DNA of 64,000 nucleotides, from positions 110,494-174,493 of the forward strand of contig CAVXSO010000004.1 of assembly GCA_963764465.1 (NCBI GenBank), in the 5' to 3' direction. This document shows positions 17,846 to 29,700 of the stretch, piece after piece. Origin of the DNA: an uncultured Pseudomonadota bacterium (GTDB lineage: Bacteria > Pseudomonadota > Alphaproteobacteria > Acetobacterales > Acetobacteraceae). The notes beneath the pieces were generated by a model, which saw only the letters and a list, made by a program, of their open reading frames with translations, was not told the origin of the DNA and searched no databases. The position numbers and the translations under genes were made by a program. The first letter of the stretch is position 1; each line of letters starts with the position of its first letter.

Positions 17846-19624
17846 ATGCCGGGACCGACGACTTCGGCGTCGCGTCAGCCCTTGATTGTGTCCGTGGGTT
17901 GGCTGGCGCGCATCATCGTGATGCTGGTTGGCATCGCGCTGTCGGCGCCGGCGCCCGCACGCGCGCAGGGCGTGCCGCCCGCGGGGCCCATTGTGCCGCA
18001 GGGATCGCCGATCCCTCGGATCATTCCGCCTTCGCTACCTTCCGTCGGCCCCGCCACGCCGCCGCCGGCCCCTGCCACGCCCGCGCCGACCCCCGAGCGC
18101 CTGGTCACCGTCCGCTCGGTCAACGTCGTCGGCTCGACGGTCTATTCCGCCTCGGAACTCGGCCGGCTGACGCAGGGCGTGGTGGGGAAGGTGCTGCTGT
18201 CGCGAATCGAGGCGGCTCGTCTCGCGATCCTCAACAAGTACCGGCACGACGACTACCTTCTCACGGCGGTGAACGCACGGCTCGATGCCGCGGGGCATTT
18301 GACGTTCTCGATCATCGAGGGCCGCATCGCCGACGTGAAGCTGGCTGGCGATATCGGCCCCGCCGGCACGCAGGTGTTGCGCTTCCTCAACCACCTCACG
18401 GCAATCCAGCCGATCAGCAACGCCAGCCTCGAGCGCTGGCTGCTGCTGGCGCAGGACATTCCCGGGATCACGCTGCGCGCGGTGCTGCGGCCCTCCACAA
18501 CGGCGCCTGGCGCGCTCGAGCTCATCGCGCAGCTCAGCCGAAAGCCGTTCTCGGCCCTGTTCACCGCTGACAACCGCAGCGCCCCGTTCACCGGGCCGGA
18601 GGAAGCGCTGGCGGTGATCGACGCCAACAGCTTCACCTCGCTGGGCGAGCGCACCGAAGTCGCCCTTTATCACACCTTCAACAGCACCGAGACGTTCGGT
18701 CAGGCATCGATCGAGATGTTCCTCGGCGGCTCGGGACTTAGGCTGAAGGTCTATGGCGGAGCCGGCACCACCGATCCCACGGGTGGCGTGGGAGCCACCG
18801 GCTACGCGGGTACGACGCAGGTGGGCGGCCTGGCGCTCACCTATCCGGTGATCCGCGCCCGTGCGCAGACGCTGCTGGTCGGCCTCTATTTCGATGCGAC
18901 CGACGGGTCGATCGACAACGGCGTGCCGGTCTCGACCCTAGCCAACCACGACGGCGTGCGCGCGCTGCGGGTGGGGGCTGACTACGTGCGCCACGATGTC
19001 TGGCTCGGCGGCGCCTTCCCAGCGACCAATTCCGCAAGCCTGCGCATCTCGCAGGGTCTGCCCGCCTTCGGTGCCACGCCCGCCGGCGATCCCATGGCCG
19101 AACGGGCCGGCGAGGTCCCGGATTTCACCAAGTTCAATGCCCAGATCAGCCGGACGCAGACGCTGTTCGAACCCTGGCAGGGCTCGAGCGTGGCGCTGAT
19201 GGGCCTGCTGGCCGGCCAGTATTCGCCCAGCGTGCTGCCGCCGTCGGAGACGTTCTATCTCGGCGGCTCGCAGTACACGCGCGGCTACTATTCCGGCGAG
19301 GTCTCGGGCGACAACGGCCTCGCCGCCACCGCGGAACTGCAGCTCAACACCGGCTTCAGCACCACGCTGTTCGGCCGCGTGCTCAATGTCGCAACGCAGT
19401 TCTATATCTTCTACGACTGGGGCGAGACCTGGCAGAACCAGTCCGTGGACCCCAACAGCCGCGTGCAGTCGGAAGGCATGGGCGTGCGGATGGCGGTGGA
19501 CGAGAATACGGAGTTTGATCTGGAGGGCGTTATCCGCGGCGTGCGCCAGCCCCAGAGCGGCACGACCGGGGTAGCGCCGCTGAGCGCGGATGCCATCTAC
19601 TGGCGTGTGCTGACGCGTTTCTGA
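17846..19624 (+). CDS. ShlB/FhaC/HecB-family two-partner secretion outer-membrane transporter (TpsB)
   Basis: Signal peptide (IVMLVGIALSAPAPARAQG), a Pro-rich linker, POTRA-like region (VRSVNVVGSTVYSASELGRL...; IIEGRIADVKLAG) and a beta-barrel ending in aromatic YWRVLTRF. ATG 17846 is preferred over the track start at 17786. Confidence 0.9.
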   Translation: MPGPTTSASRQPLIVSVGWLARIIVMLVGIALSAPAPARAQGVPPAGPIVPQGSPIPRIIPPSLPSVGPATPPPAPATPAPTPERLVTVRSVNVVGSTVYSASELGRLTQGVVGKVLLSRIEAARLAILNKYRHDDYLLTAVNARLDAAGHLTFSIIEGRIADVKLAGDIGPAGTQVLRFLNHLTAIQPISNASLERWLLLAQDIPGITLRAVLRPSTTAPGALELIAQLSRKPFSALFTADNRSAPFTGPEEALAVIDANSFTSLGERTEVALYHTFNSTETFGQASIEMFLGGSGLRLKVYGGAGTTDPTGGVGATGYAGTTQVGGLALTYPVIRARAQTLLVGLYFDATDGSIDNGVPVSTLANHDGVRALRVGADYVRHDVWLGGAFPATNSASLRISQGLPAFGATPAGDPMAERAGEVPDFTKFNAQISRTQTLFEPWQGSSVALMGLLAGQYSPSVLPPSETFYLGGSQYTRGYYSGEVSGDNGLAATAELQLNTGFSTTLFGRVLNVATQFYIFYDWGETWQNQSVDPNSRVQSEGMGVRMAVDENTEFDLEGVIRGVRQPQSGTTGVAPLSADAIYWRVLTRF

Positions 19625-19637
19625 GGCAAGGGGCATC

Positions 19638-22600
19638 GTGATGGCACGGCGCGCCGACCCGGGGCGGGGTAGGGGACGGGGCATTGGCCCTGCGGCGCCG
19701 ACAGCCGTGGCCATCGCAAAGCTGCGGCGCCCGCGTGCCGCCCTGCTCGCCGCGACCGCGTTGCAGGCGGGCATGCTTACCGTGGTGCTGCTGGCGCCAC
19801 CCGCGCTGGCGCAGGGTGTAGCGCCGACGGTGTTGCCGAGCGGCGGGCGGGTGATTGGTGGCGTTGCGTCGATTGCGCGGGGCGGCAACACGCTGACGAT
19901 CCAGCAGTCGACGCCGAGTGCGGCGATCAACTGGCAGAGTTTTTCGGTGGGTTCGCAGGCGTCGGTGGCGTTCCATGTGCCGACGGCGCAGTCGACGACG
20001 ATCAACCGGGTGGTGGGTCCGGACCCGTCGGTGATCGCGGGGCGGATCTCGTCGAACGGCAACGTGGTGATCGCGAACCAGTCCGGGATCGTGTTCACGA
20101 ACGGCGCGCAGGTGGACGTGAACGCGCTGGTGGCCTCGGCGCCTGGGATCAGTGCGGCGAACGCGGTGGCGGGGAAGCTGGTGTTCGACCAGCCGGCGCG
20201 GCCGGGTGCTGCGGTGGTCAACGAGGGCCACATCACGGTGCGCCAGACCGGGCTGGCTGCCCTCGTTGCACCGGAGGTTGCCAACAGCGGGGTGATCTCG
20301 GCGAAGCTCGGGCATGTGGTGCTGGCCGGTGCCGCGGCGGCGACGGTGGATCTTTATGGCGACGGGCTGATCTCGCTCGACGTCACGAAGCAGGTGACGC
20401 AGGCGCCGGGCGGCGGCATGGCGCTGGTCACCAACACCGGCACCATCGCGGCCCAGGGCGGCACGGTGCGGCTCACCGCCGCCGCGGTCGATGGCCTGGT
20501 CACCAACCTCGTCGATGCCGGCGGCAGCATCGCCGCGCCCGGCCTTGCCACCGCAGGCGGCGCGCGCACGGGCAGCATCGTGATCGCCGGGATGGGCGGA
20601 TCCGTTACGATCCAGGGCCAACTCGCCGCGCGCGGCACGCAGCCGGGCACCACAGGTGGTTCGATCGAGGTCACCGCCACGAAATCCGTGACCGTGGCGC
20701 CGGGGGCAAGGCTCGACGCGTCCGGCCAGGCGGGCGGCGGTGTGATCGCCGTCGGCACCACCATCGCGCGCGCGAAGGGAGGGCCATCCGTCGCCGCGCC
20801 GGCGGCGGCGGACGTGACGGTGGCGCAGAGCGCTACCCTCGCCGCTGACGCGCTCGGCACGGGAAATGGCGGCCACGTCACCGTGCTCGGCCTCGATGCG
20901 CACGGATTTCGCGGGCTATGCCGAGGCACGCGGCGGACCAACCGGCGGCAACGGCGGCGCCATCGAGATCTCCGGCGCCACGCTGCGCCTGACGGGATCG
21001 GCGAACGTCTCGGCGCCTTCGGGCACGATCGGCTCGATCCTGCTCGACCCAGGTTCGCTGGACATCCTCTCTGGCGGCACCGACAGCGTGACCAACGGAC
21101 AGACCTACAGCGTCGACAGCACCGTGGACCCGGCCGCGATCGCGGGGCTCGTCGGCAACGTCACGCTGTCGGCCAGCGGCGACATCAGCGTCGATTCCGC
21201 CGTCAGCCTGACCAGCGGATTCACGCTGCTCGCCGCCGGTGCCGTCATGGTCAACCAGTCGGTCGCCGCGCGTGGCGGCATCGAGTTCGGATCGGGACTC
21301 ACCGCGCTCGGCGGCGACGGCAGCGGCGGCATCACCATCGGCGCGCCCGTTACCGCCACCGGCAACAACACCATCGTGCTCAACGCCGGATCAGCGGGCA
21401 TCCAGCTCAACGACAATCTAAGCGCGCAGGTGGTGGATCTCTCGACGACCGGCGGCATCACACAGGCGCCCACGGCCGGCATCAGCGCGACCCTGCTGCA
21501 GAGCACCGGCGGCGTTGCCGGCAACGCTGGCCTGCTTGGCTCAAACACGGTCGGTTCGCTCGGATCCTTCGCTGTCACGGCCGGCAGGTTCCAGCTGGTC
21601 GATACCAGCTCGCTCAAGCTGCAGGGGACGATCTCGGTACCGACCGCGAATTCGATCGGGCTCGCCGTCGGCGGCCTCACATTGCGCGGCGGCTCACTGG
21701 TGGCGCCAGGCGGCACCGTCGCGATCGCGGCGTTCCCGGCGACCGATGGCATGGTCATCGGCGGCACGGGAACGAACTCAGTCTCCCTCGATCGCGCGAT
21801 TCTGGGCGCCATCACCGCAAGCGATCTGGTGCTGAGGGGCGAAGGCGTGATCGTCGCGGCCAACGCAGATGCCAGCGCCATTCCGGTGCTCGACATCGAG
21901 GCCGAGAGCGGCGCGATCAAGCTTTCCGGCGGCACGCTGAAGGCCAACACGCTGCTCGCCAATGCCGGCGCCGCGCTGCGCCAGGCCGGTGGCACGCTCG
22001 ACGCCGTGACGCTGACGAGCTCGACCGGCCTCGGTGGCGGCGTCACGCTCAACGCCACCACCAACACGCTCTCGGCCATCGGCTCGCTGGACGCCGGCAC
22101 GGGTGGTGTGACGCTGAGCGACGGGACGGCGCTGACGCTCGCGGGACCGTTGCGGGCTGGCAATGTTGTCGTGTCGGACCAGGCGTCGGGGACGGCGATC
22201 ACGCTGAGCGGCGGTGTGGGTGCCACGGGCTCGCTGTCGCTGTCGGCGCCGAACGGGGGGATCGCGCAGACGGGCGGGGTGATCTCGGCTGGCACGCTGC
22301 TGGTTCCGTCGGCGGGCGGGGACGTGGTGCTGGGCGGCTCGGCCAACGCGATCCAGCATGTGGGCGAGGTGCTGGCGCCCGGGTTCGGGGTGACGCTTGG
22401 CGGCAGCGTGGATCCGCAGATCGCGGGGCTGGTGTCGGCGGCGAACATTTCGGTTGCGAACAGTGGCGCGGGCGGCATCACGGTAACGGGCACGCTGGCC
22501 GCCAACGCGACGAGCGGGACGATCGACCTGTCGGCGGCGGGCGGCGGGGTGAGTGCGGGGAGCGGCACGCTGATCGCATCGACGCTGACGAGTTCGGCGG

Positions 22601-25600
22601 GCATCGGCGGCACGGCGGACCTGTCGGGCGGCGCCAACACGATCGCGACGCTGGGCGACCTCGCGGTGCATGGCGGCGACCTGCGCCTGCGCGACAACAA
22701 GCCGCTCACCGTTGCCGGGACCGTCTCGGTCGGAAGCGGCGGGACGATCGCGCTCGCGGACAACAGGCTGGCGTTTGCGGCTGGCGGCGCACTGTCGGCG
22801 CCGAACGGGCTGGTGGAGATCGGGCCCATCGGCTCGGGTGTCACGGTGGCGCTGGCCTCGTCGGGCGGGAGCGGGATCATCGCGCCAGGCGATCTCGGTG
22901 CGATCACGGCGGGGACGCTGCGGCTGGGCACCACCGACCTCTCGACGGCGATTGCCAGCAGCGTAACGGCCGGTGGTCCGGTGAACGCGACCGGGATCTC
23001 GACGCTGGAACTGGATGTCACGGGCGGGGTGGTGATCAACCAGAACCTGTCGCTTGCCCCCGGCGGAACGCTCGTGGGCACGATGGGCAGCCTGGTTCTC
23101 GGCAGCGCCGGCAACTTCATCCCCGCCCTCGGCTCGCTCGATGCCGGTACCGGCGGCATCACACTGAGCGACGGCGCGGCGCTCAACCTCGCCGGCCCTG
23201 TGCGCGGCGGGTCGGTGCTGCTTGCCGACTCCGCCGCGGGGACCGCGATCACGCTCGCCGGCTCGCTCACGGGTTCCGTCTCCGTCGAACTCGACGCCCC
23301 CAATGGCAGCGTTGCCGGTGCGGGCGTGGTGAAAACCCCGTTGCTGACCAGCACCGGCATCGGCCAGGGCATCACGCTGAGCGCGACGTCGAACAGCATC
23401 GACGCGATCCAGTCCCTCCAGACCACCGCGGGTGACGTGGTCGTCAACGACAGTGCGGCCCTCAACCTGGCCAGCGGCTCGACGATCGCGGCGACGGCCG
23501 GGAATGTGCTGCTGCACGATACCGCGAGCGGTCCCGCGATCAGCCTCGGCGGCAGCATCCAGGCATCGGCGGCGGGCACGCTCGATCTCAGCGCCCCGAA
23601 CGGCGGCATCACGCAGAGCGGGGGCAGCCTGTCCGCCGGCGTGCTGAGCAGCAGCGGCGGCGTTGGTTCCGGCGGATTGACATTGGTCGCCGGCGGCAAC
23701 GCGATCGGGACCCTGGGCAATGTCGCGGTGGCGTCCGGTGGCGATCTGCGGCTGCGCGACAACACGTCGCTCACCGTTGCCGGGTCGGTCTCGGTCGGTA
23801 ACAGCCGCACGATCGCGCTCGCGGATAACGCCCTGGCATTTGCGGCGGGCGGCGCGCTCTCGGCGCCAAACGGTCTGGTGGAGATCGGTCCCACGGGTTC
23901 CGGCGTGTCGGTGCTGCTGGCCTTTCCTGGATTCCCGGGGATCATCACGCCGGGCGATCTCGGTGCGATCACGGCGGGGACGCTGCGGCTGGGTGCCACC
24001 GATATCTCGACGGCGGTCGCCGCGACCATGGTCGCGGCTGGCCCGGTGAACGCGACCAGGATCGGGACGCTGGAGCTGGATGCCGCCGGCGGGGTGGTGA
24101 TCAATCAAAACCTGTCGCTTGCCGCGGGCGGAACGCTTGTGGGCACGATGGGCAGCCTGGTCCTCGGCGCCACCGGCAACTTCATCCCCTCTCTCGGCTC
24201 GCTGGACGCCGGCACGGGTGGTGTGACGCTGAGCGACGGGACGGCGCTGACGCTCGCGGGACCGTTGCGGGCTGGCAATGTTGTCGTGTCGGACCAGGCG
24301 TCGGGGACGGCGATCACGCTGAGCGGCGGTGTGGGTGCCACGGGCTCGCTGTCGCTGTCGGCGCCGAACGGGGGGATCGCGCAGACGGGCGGGGTGATCT
24401 CGGCTGGCACGCTGCTGGTTCCGTCGGCGGGCGGGGACGTGGTGCTGGGCGGCTCGGCCAACGCGATCCAGCATGTGGGCGAGGTGCTGGCGCCCGGGTT
24501 CGGGGTGACGCTTGGCGGCAGCGTGGATCCGCAGATCGCGGGGCTGGTGTCGGCGGCGAACATTTCGGTTGCGAACAGTGGCGCGGGCGGCATCACGGTA
24601 ACGGGCACGCTGGCCGCCAACGCGACGAGCGGGACGATCGACCTGTCGGCGGCGGGCGGCGGGGTGAGTGCGGGGAGCGGCACGCTGATCGCATCGACGC
24701 TGACGAGTTCGGCGGGCATCGGCGGCACGGCGGACCTGTCGGGCGGCGCCAACACGATCGCGGCGCTGGGCGACCTCGCGGTGCATGGCGGCGACCTGCG
24801 CCTGCGCGACAACACCTCGCTGACCGTGTCGGGCGACGTGGCGGTCGATCGTGTCGTCGTGATCAACGCCAAGCCGGGCGTCGCGGTCCCTCGCCGGCTC
24901 GCGGGCGCCGGCGGCGTGACATTGGTGACGAGCGGCCCGGTCGCGGTCGCGGGCTCGCTCGATGCCGGCACCGGCGCGCTTGACGTGACGGCTTCTGGCG
25001 GGTTCAGCGAGGGCACGGGCGGCGTGGTGCGCGCGGCAACGCTGACCAGCGCCGGCGGCATCGGCGGCGCGGGTGTCTCGTTGTCCTCCGGCAACAATTC
25101 GATCCACGCCCTCGCCAACCTCTCCGCCCCCGGCGGCATCGCCATCACAGACACGGCGCCACTCGCGCAGTCGGGCCTGGTCAGCGCGGGATCAGGCAGG
25201 ATCGTGCTCAGCGACAGCGCCGTGGGCACCGCCCTCACGCTCGGGGGCAGTATCGTCGGCTCGGCGATTTCCCTCGCGAGCACTGCCGCGGGCATCGCCG
25301 GAGCGGCAATTCTGCAGCCGGTCGCAGGCGTGATGGAGGGACCAGGTGGCATCGCCGTGCCGCTTTCCGCGACGGCCACGAGCGGCGACATCACGCTGCT
25401 CGGCGCCGGGAACCGTATCGCCAGTGTCTCCGGGCACGCGACGACAGGCGCGTTCTCGCTCGTCGATATGTCGCCACTCGCCATCACCGGCGCGATCTTT
25501 GCCGGCGGCGACCTCGCCCTCGCGGACACGGCAACCGGCACCGCCATCGCGGTGGACGCGCCGCTGACCTCCGGCGGGCAGGTCGCGCTTGCATCCGGCG

Positions 25601-26745
25601 ACGGAACGGGTGGCGCCAACGTGCCGGCGATCGTCATCGCCAGCCACGTATCCGCGCCGGGGCTGGCGATCACCACCAGCACGCCTGGCCTCACCACCGC
25701 CGTGCTCGAAACGGCCGGCGGGGCCGTCACCGGCGGCGCGACCCTCTCGGCGGCGATCGCCAGCGGCGACATCGACCTGAGGCAGTCCGGCAACCTCATC
25801 GGCGTGATCGGCAGCTTCCAGGCACCGAGGCAGACCCTGGCGCTGACCGACAACGCCCCGCTCGCGATCACCGGGCCGGTCACGCTCGGCAACTTCACGC
25901 TGACGGAAACCCAGCCCCTGGTGCTCGCGGGCGGGCTCGCGGTCGCCAACACCTGGAAAATCGCGAGCTCGAGCACGATCCGCCATGTCTCGGGCGGGCT
26001 CGCGGCCGGCACCATCACCGGCTCGGCGGTCGAACTCGCCGATTTTGGCACCGGCGACCTCGTCGGCACGCTCGGCCCCTTCATCATGTCGGGCAGCACG
26101 CTGTCGCTGAGCAACGCCCAACCGCTCGCGATCCAGGGACCGATCGTCGCCAGCTACCTCGCCATCAACGCGGTGGGCCAGGTGACGGTCGCCGGCAACA
26201 TCCAGACCAACGGCCTGCCCGTCGCCCAGCAGACCCTGCCGCAACCCGCCAGCCCCGGCAGCTATATCGGTGTCACCGGCCCGAACGCGGTGATCTACCA
26301 GATGGGCCAGACCACGGTGTCGCCCAACGGCGCGCCAGTTGCCACTCTGCGGCTGCAATTGCCGCTCACCGGTGGCAGGGTCGTGCTGTCAAACCTGCAG
26401 GGGCCGGCGCTGAACCTCGTACTCGGAATCCAGGGCGGCACGGCCACCGGCAACCTCAACGTCGCCGGGCTGACGGTGATCGGCGGCAGCGGCAGCGCCA
26501 AGCTCTCCGGCAGCGTTGGGTCACTCTTCGGCATCACGGCGGCGCAGAATTCGAAGATCGTGCCCTCGCCGAACGGCAACTACACGCTCAACAACTGTCC
26601 CATCCAGGCGGTTTCCTGCGTGGTCCTGCCGATTTCGCTTGTCATACCGTCGAACCCGTTGAACGGTCTCGCCCTGGCCGTGGCACCACCGCCGAACAAC
26701 GATCTGGATATCCTGCTTCCGGGCATCGCGCGGGAGGACTACTGA
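19638..26745 (+). CDS. TpsA exoprotein (filamentous-haemagglutinin-like, about 2,370 aa) interrupted by an apparent +1 frameshift near 20890-20900
   Basis: Extended signal peptide plus TPS secretion domain in frame 0 (GGNTLTIQQSTPSAAINWQSFSVG...TTINRVVG...GRISSNGNVVIANQSGIVF ... GNGGHVTVLGLD). The conserved continuation (RTDFAGYAEARGGPTGGNGGAIEISG...LLDP) and the whole repetitive beta-helical shaft are in frame +1 (ORF 20866..26745). After about 20900, frame 0 becomes Arg-rich nonsense. This would be annotated as a pseudogene if the shift is real. Confidence 0.8.
22079..22699 (+). repeat. Copy 1 of a 621-bp near-identical direct repeat inside tpsA
   Basis: Aligned by eye base-for-base with 24194-24814 (offset 2115 bp, which is 705 codons and in frame). 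The single difference seen is gcgAcgctggg versus gcgGcgctggg, giving T versus A in ...NTIA(T/A)LGDL. Confidence 0.9.
24194..24814 (+). repeat. Copy 2 of the 621-bp near-identical direct repeat inside tpsA
   Basis: See copy 1. The intervening homologous module (about 23130-23745) is clearly diverged at both DNA and protein level. Confidence 0.9.
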
Positions 26746-26746
26746 A

Positions 26747-29700
26747 ATGCGCCCAGTCCACCATTGGCGCGGCTTCGCCGCCGCCCTGGTCCTTATCCCG
26801 GCCCTCGCCGGCTGCACGAAGCCGCCGGCGGCGGCCTACGTCGCCGGCACCACCGCGCCGGGAGGCAACGTGGGCGGACTCGCGCTGGGCCACAACACCG
26901 CCAACGAGGCATGCACGCTGCTGCGCAACGGTGCCTCGGGCGCGGTCTATTGCGGCGCGTGGCAGCAACCCAGCGCGCAGGTCGCGGCGGCCGGCGCCGT
27001 GAGCCCGGCGGCGCTGCCCGGCCTGGCCGCCGGCAGCAGCTGGCGCACGGGACTGGAGAGCCGCTACCGCTGCGGCCCGCCAACGGCGACGACCATCCTT
27101 GGCGGCGCCCCGGTGGAGCTGCTGCAATGCACGCAGCGGATTGGCGGCTGGCCCCATGTCGCCCTGGTGGCCTCCATCGACGGGCAGGGATGGTACGCGG
27201 ACGGGGTGCTGCCCGCGCTGCCTGCCATGGAACGCGCGGTGGGCGTGATGGCCGGACGCATCAGCCCCAGCGCCGCGAGTGCCTCCGTCACCTCCGGCGC
27301 GGACCAGCTGCTGGCGAGCCGCCTCGCCGCGCAAGCGTTCAGCTCGGGCGACGTCGGCCAGTACGACCAGCTGATGAGTGTCGCGGCGCAGGCCAATGCC
27401 GCGGAGAATTTCGCCGGCGCCGAGGCTGCGTACCGCGCGGCGCTGGCACTGCAACGAAAGGCACTCGGGCCGGAAAACCCGGATACCGCGCTCACGCTCA
27501 TGGATCTGGCCCTGCAGGTCTCCAACCAGGGCCGCTTCCCGGAGGCGGACACGCTCTTCGCGCAGGCCGCCGCGCTTGCGCCGCGCGCCTCCGATCCCGC
27601 GACCATCGCGCGCCTCAACCATTACGAGGCGCTGCACGAGCTCAACCAGGGGCACCTGCAGACGGCACTGAGGCTGCTGCGCACGGCCGGCGCGGACTAT
27701 GCTCAGCAACTGCCGCCGGCGGTGCTGAACGCCAGGCCGGCGCCCGATACCGCGGGCTCGGTCTTCGCCGGGCCCGGCGCGGATACCGGGCGGCTCATTC
27801 CCAACCGCGGCCTGCTGACCGATTTTGCGACCCGCAGCAGCCTGCTGGGGCTGATCGAGGTCCGCCGCTATGAATCCATCGTGCTGCGGCGGCTCGGGCA
27901 GCGTGACGCGAGCATCGCGGCGCTGCGTTCGGCCGAGACGCTCGCGGCGGGCAACGGCGTGACGCAGCCGGTGCTCATGGCGCGGCTGACGCGCACCTCC
28001 GCCACGGATCTCGGCGCCGCGGGCGACCACGGTCCGGCGGCGAGCGCCTATGGTGCCGCGGCCGTTGCCTACGAACAGGCGATCCCGGACAGCCGCCCTG
28101 TCGCCGAGACGGAACTGCTGCACGCGGGCCAGCTGGTCGATGCCGGCGAACCCGGCGCCGCGCTCGGCCTGTGCCGGCGCGCCTTCACCCTGCTGCGCCA
28201 GATCAAGCTCGGCACCAGCGCAACCCTGATCAACCCCTGCCTCGATGCCTATGCCGCGAACGCGGCCAATGGGCCGGCCGGCGGTGCCGGTGACCAGGCC
28301 CTGCTCACGGAGATGTTCGAGGCCAGCCAGCTCGCCCAGGGCAGCGTGACCAGCACCGAAATCGCGCAGGCCACCGCGCGGCTCGCGGCCAACGCGCATG
28401 ACCCGAAAGTGGGTGCCGCGATCCGCGCGCGGCAGGACGCCGCACAGGCGCTCGGCGATCTCTACCGCGAGCGCGACCGCCTCATTCAGCTCACTGGCCA
28501 GGCCACCGCCTCGACCGAGCTCGACGCGCGCATCGCCAAGGCGCGGAACAACCTCGCCAACGCGGACGCGGCGCTGCAGGCGGCGGCTCCGAATTACGGC
28601 CAGCTCGTCCAGCAGGTGGCAACCGCCAGGCAGGTCTTCGCCGCACTGCGCCCGGGCGAGGCCTTTGTCGATACCGTGCTGGGTCCGAAACACGGCTGGT
28701 CGTTCCTGCTGCGCAACGGCACCATCCACGTGGCGCGCATCCCCGGCGGCATGCCGCGCATGAGCGAGCTGGTGAAGCGCATCCGTGCCAGCATCGAGAC
28801 GGAAAGCACCACGCTGCCGCCCTTCGACGTCGCGGACGCCCACGCGCTGTACCAGGACGTGTTCGGCGGCTTCGGCAAGGCGTTCGACGGCACCGAGCGC
28901 CTGGTGGTGGCACCCGCGGGGCCGCTGCTCTCGCTGCCCTTCGCGCTGCTGCTCACCAAGCCCGGCGACGCCAACAACCTCGCGAGGGCACCGTGGCTGA
29001 TCCGCGAGATGACGGTGGCGCACGTACCGGCGGCGGCGAATTTCGTATCGCTGCGCCAAGTGGCCGGAACCTCGCGCGCGACGCAGCCCTGGTTTGGCTT
29101 CGGCGATTTCCACCCGGTGACACTGGCGCAGGCGCGCGCGACCTTCGGCCCGCGCTGCGGCGACAGCGCGCAGCTCTTCGCCGACCTGCCGCCGCTGCCC
29201 TTCGCCGCGCGTGAGCTCGCCGCCGCGCAGGCGCTGATGGGAGCGGCACGCCAGGATGAGCTGCTCGGCCCCGCCTTCACCGCCACCGCGGTCGAGAAGC
29301 TGCCGCTCGACCAGTACCGCGTCCTGCATTTCGCAACCCACGCGCTGCTGCCCACGGACCTCGCCTGCCAGAACGAGCCGGCGATCGTGACCTCGGCCCC
29401 GGCAGGCGCGAAGAACGCGTCCGGTGCGCTGCTGACCGCCTCCGACGTGACGGGCCTGCACCTCGATGCCAACGCGGTGATCCTCTCGGCCTGCAACACC
29501 GGCGGCCCCTCCGGCGGGCAGGCGGGCGAGAGCCTCTCCGGCCTCGCGCGTGCGTTCTTCTATGCCGGCGCGCGGGCGCTGGTGGTGACGCACTGGTCGG
29601 TGAACGACCAGACCGCCGCCTATCTCATCGCCGATACCTTGTCGCGCTACGCATCGCGGCCCTCGGCGGGCCTTGGCGGTGCGCTGCGCTCGGCCGAGCT

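Noticed and set aside
20900-23435. Continuation of the tpsA frame-0 ORF (19638..23435) beyond the TPS domain
   Set aside because: After about 20900 the translation turns into Arg-rich nonsense (RRTNRRQRRRHRDLRRH...). Frame +1 carries the conserved FHA-type motifs and the repetitive Gly/Ala/Thr/Ser shaft, so the open frame is a GC-driven artefact.
22079-24814. Possible CRISPR-like or intergenic repeat array
   Set aside because: The repeats are long (621 bp), number only two, are in-frame and lie inside a coding sequence. There is no short repeat-spacer periodicity and no cas genes anywhere in the window.
21105-25107. 999-aa and 1109-aa minus-strand ORFs inside tpsA
   Set aside because: They are antisense shadows of the repetitive tpsA shaft, with Pro/Ser/Ala-rich or Arg-rich composition. 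They mirror the tpsA internal repeats and have no independent start context.
19638-26745. Interpretation of tpsA/tpsB as a contact-dependent inhibition (CdiB/CdiA/CdiI) locus
   Set aside because: No VENN or pretoxin motif and no distinct C-terminal toxin domain were seen. The gene downstream is a 1033-aa CHAT lipoprotein rather than a small immunity protein. An adhesin or other exoprotein role remains open.
26642-29593. 983-aa minus-strand ORF opposite the CHAT gene
   Set aside because: Arg/Gly/Ala-rich shadow ORF. The plus-strand frame has the lipobox, TPR-like and CHAT motifs and high GC3.
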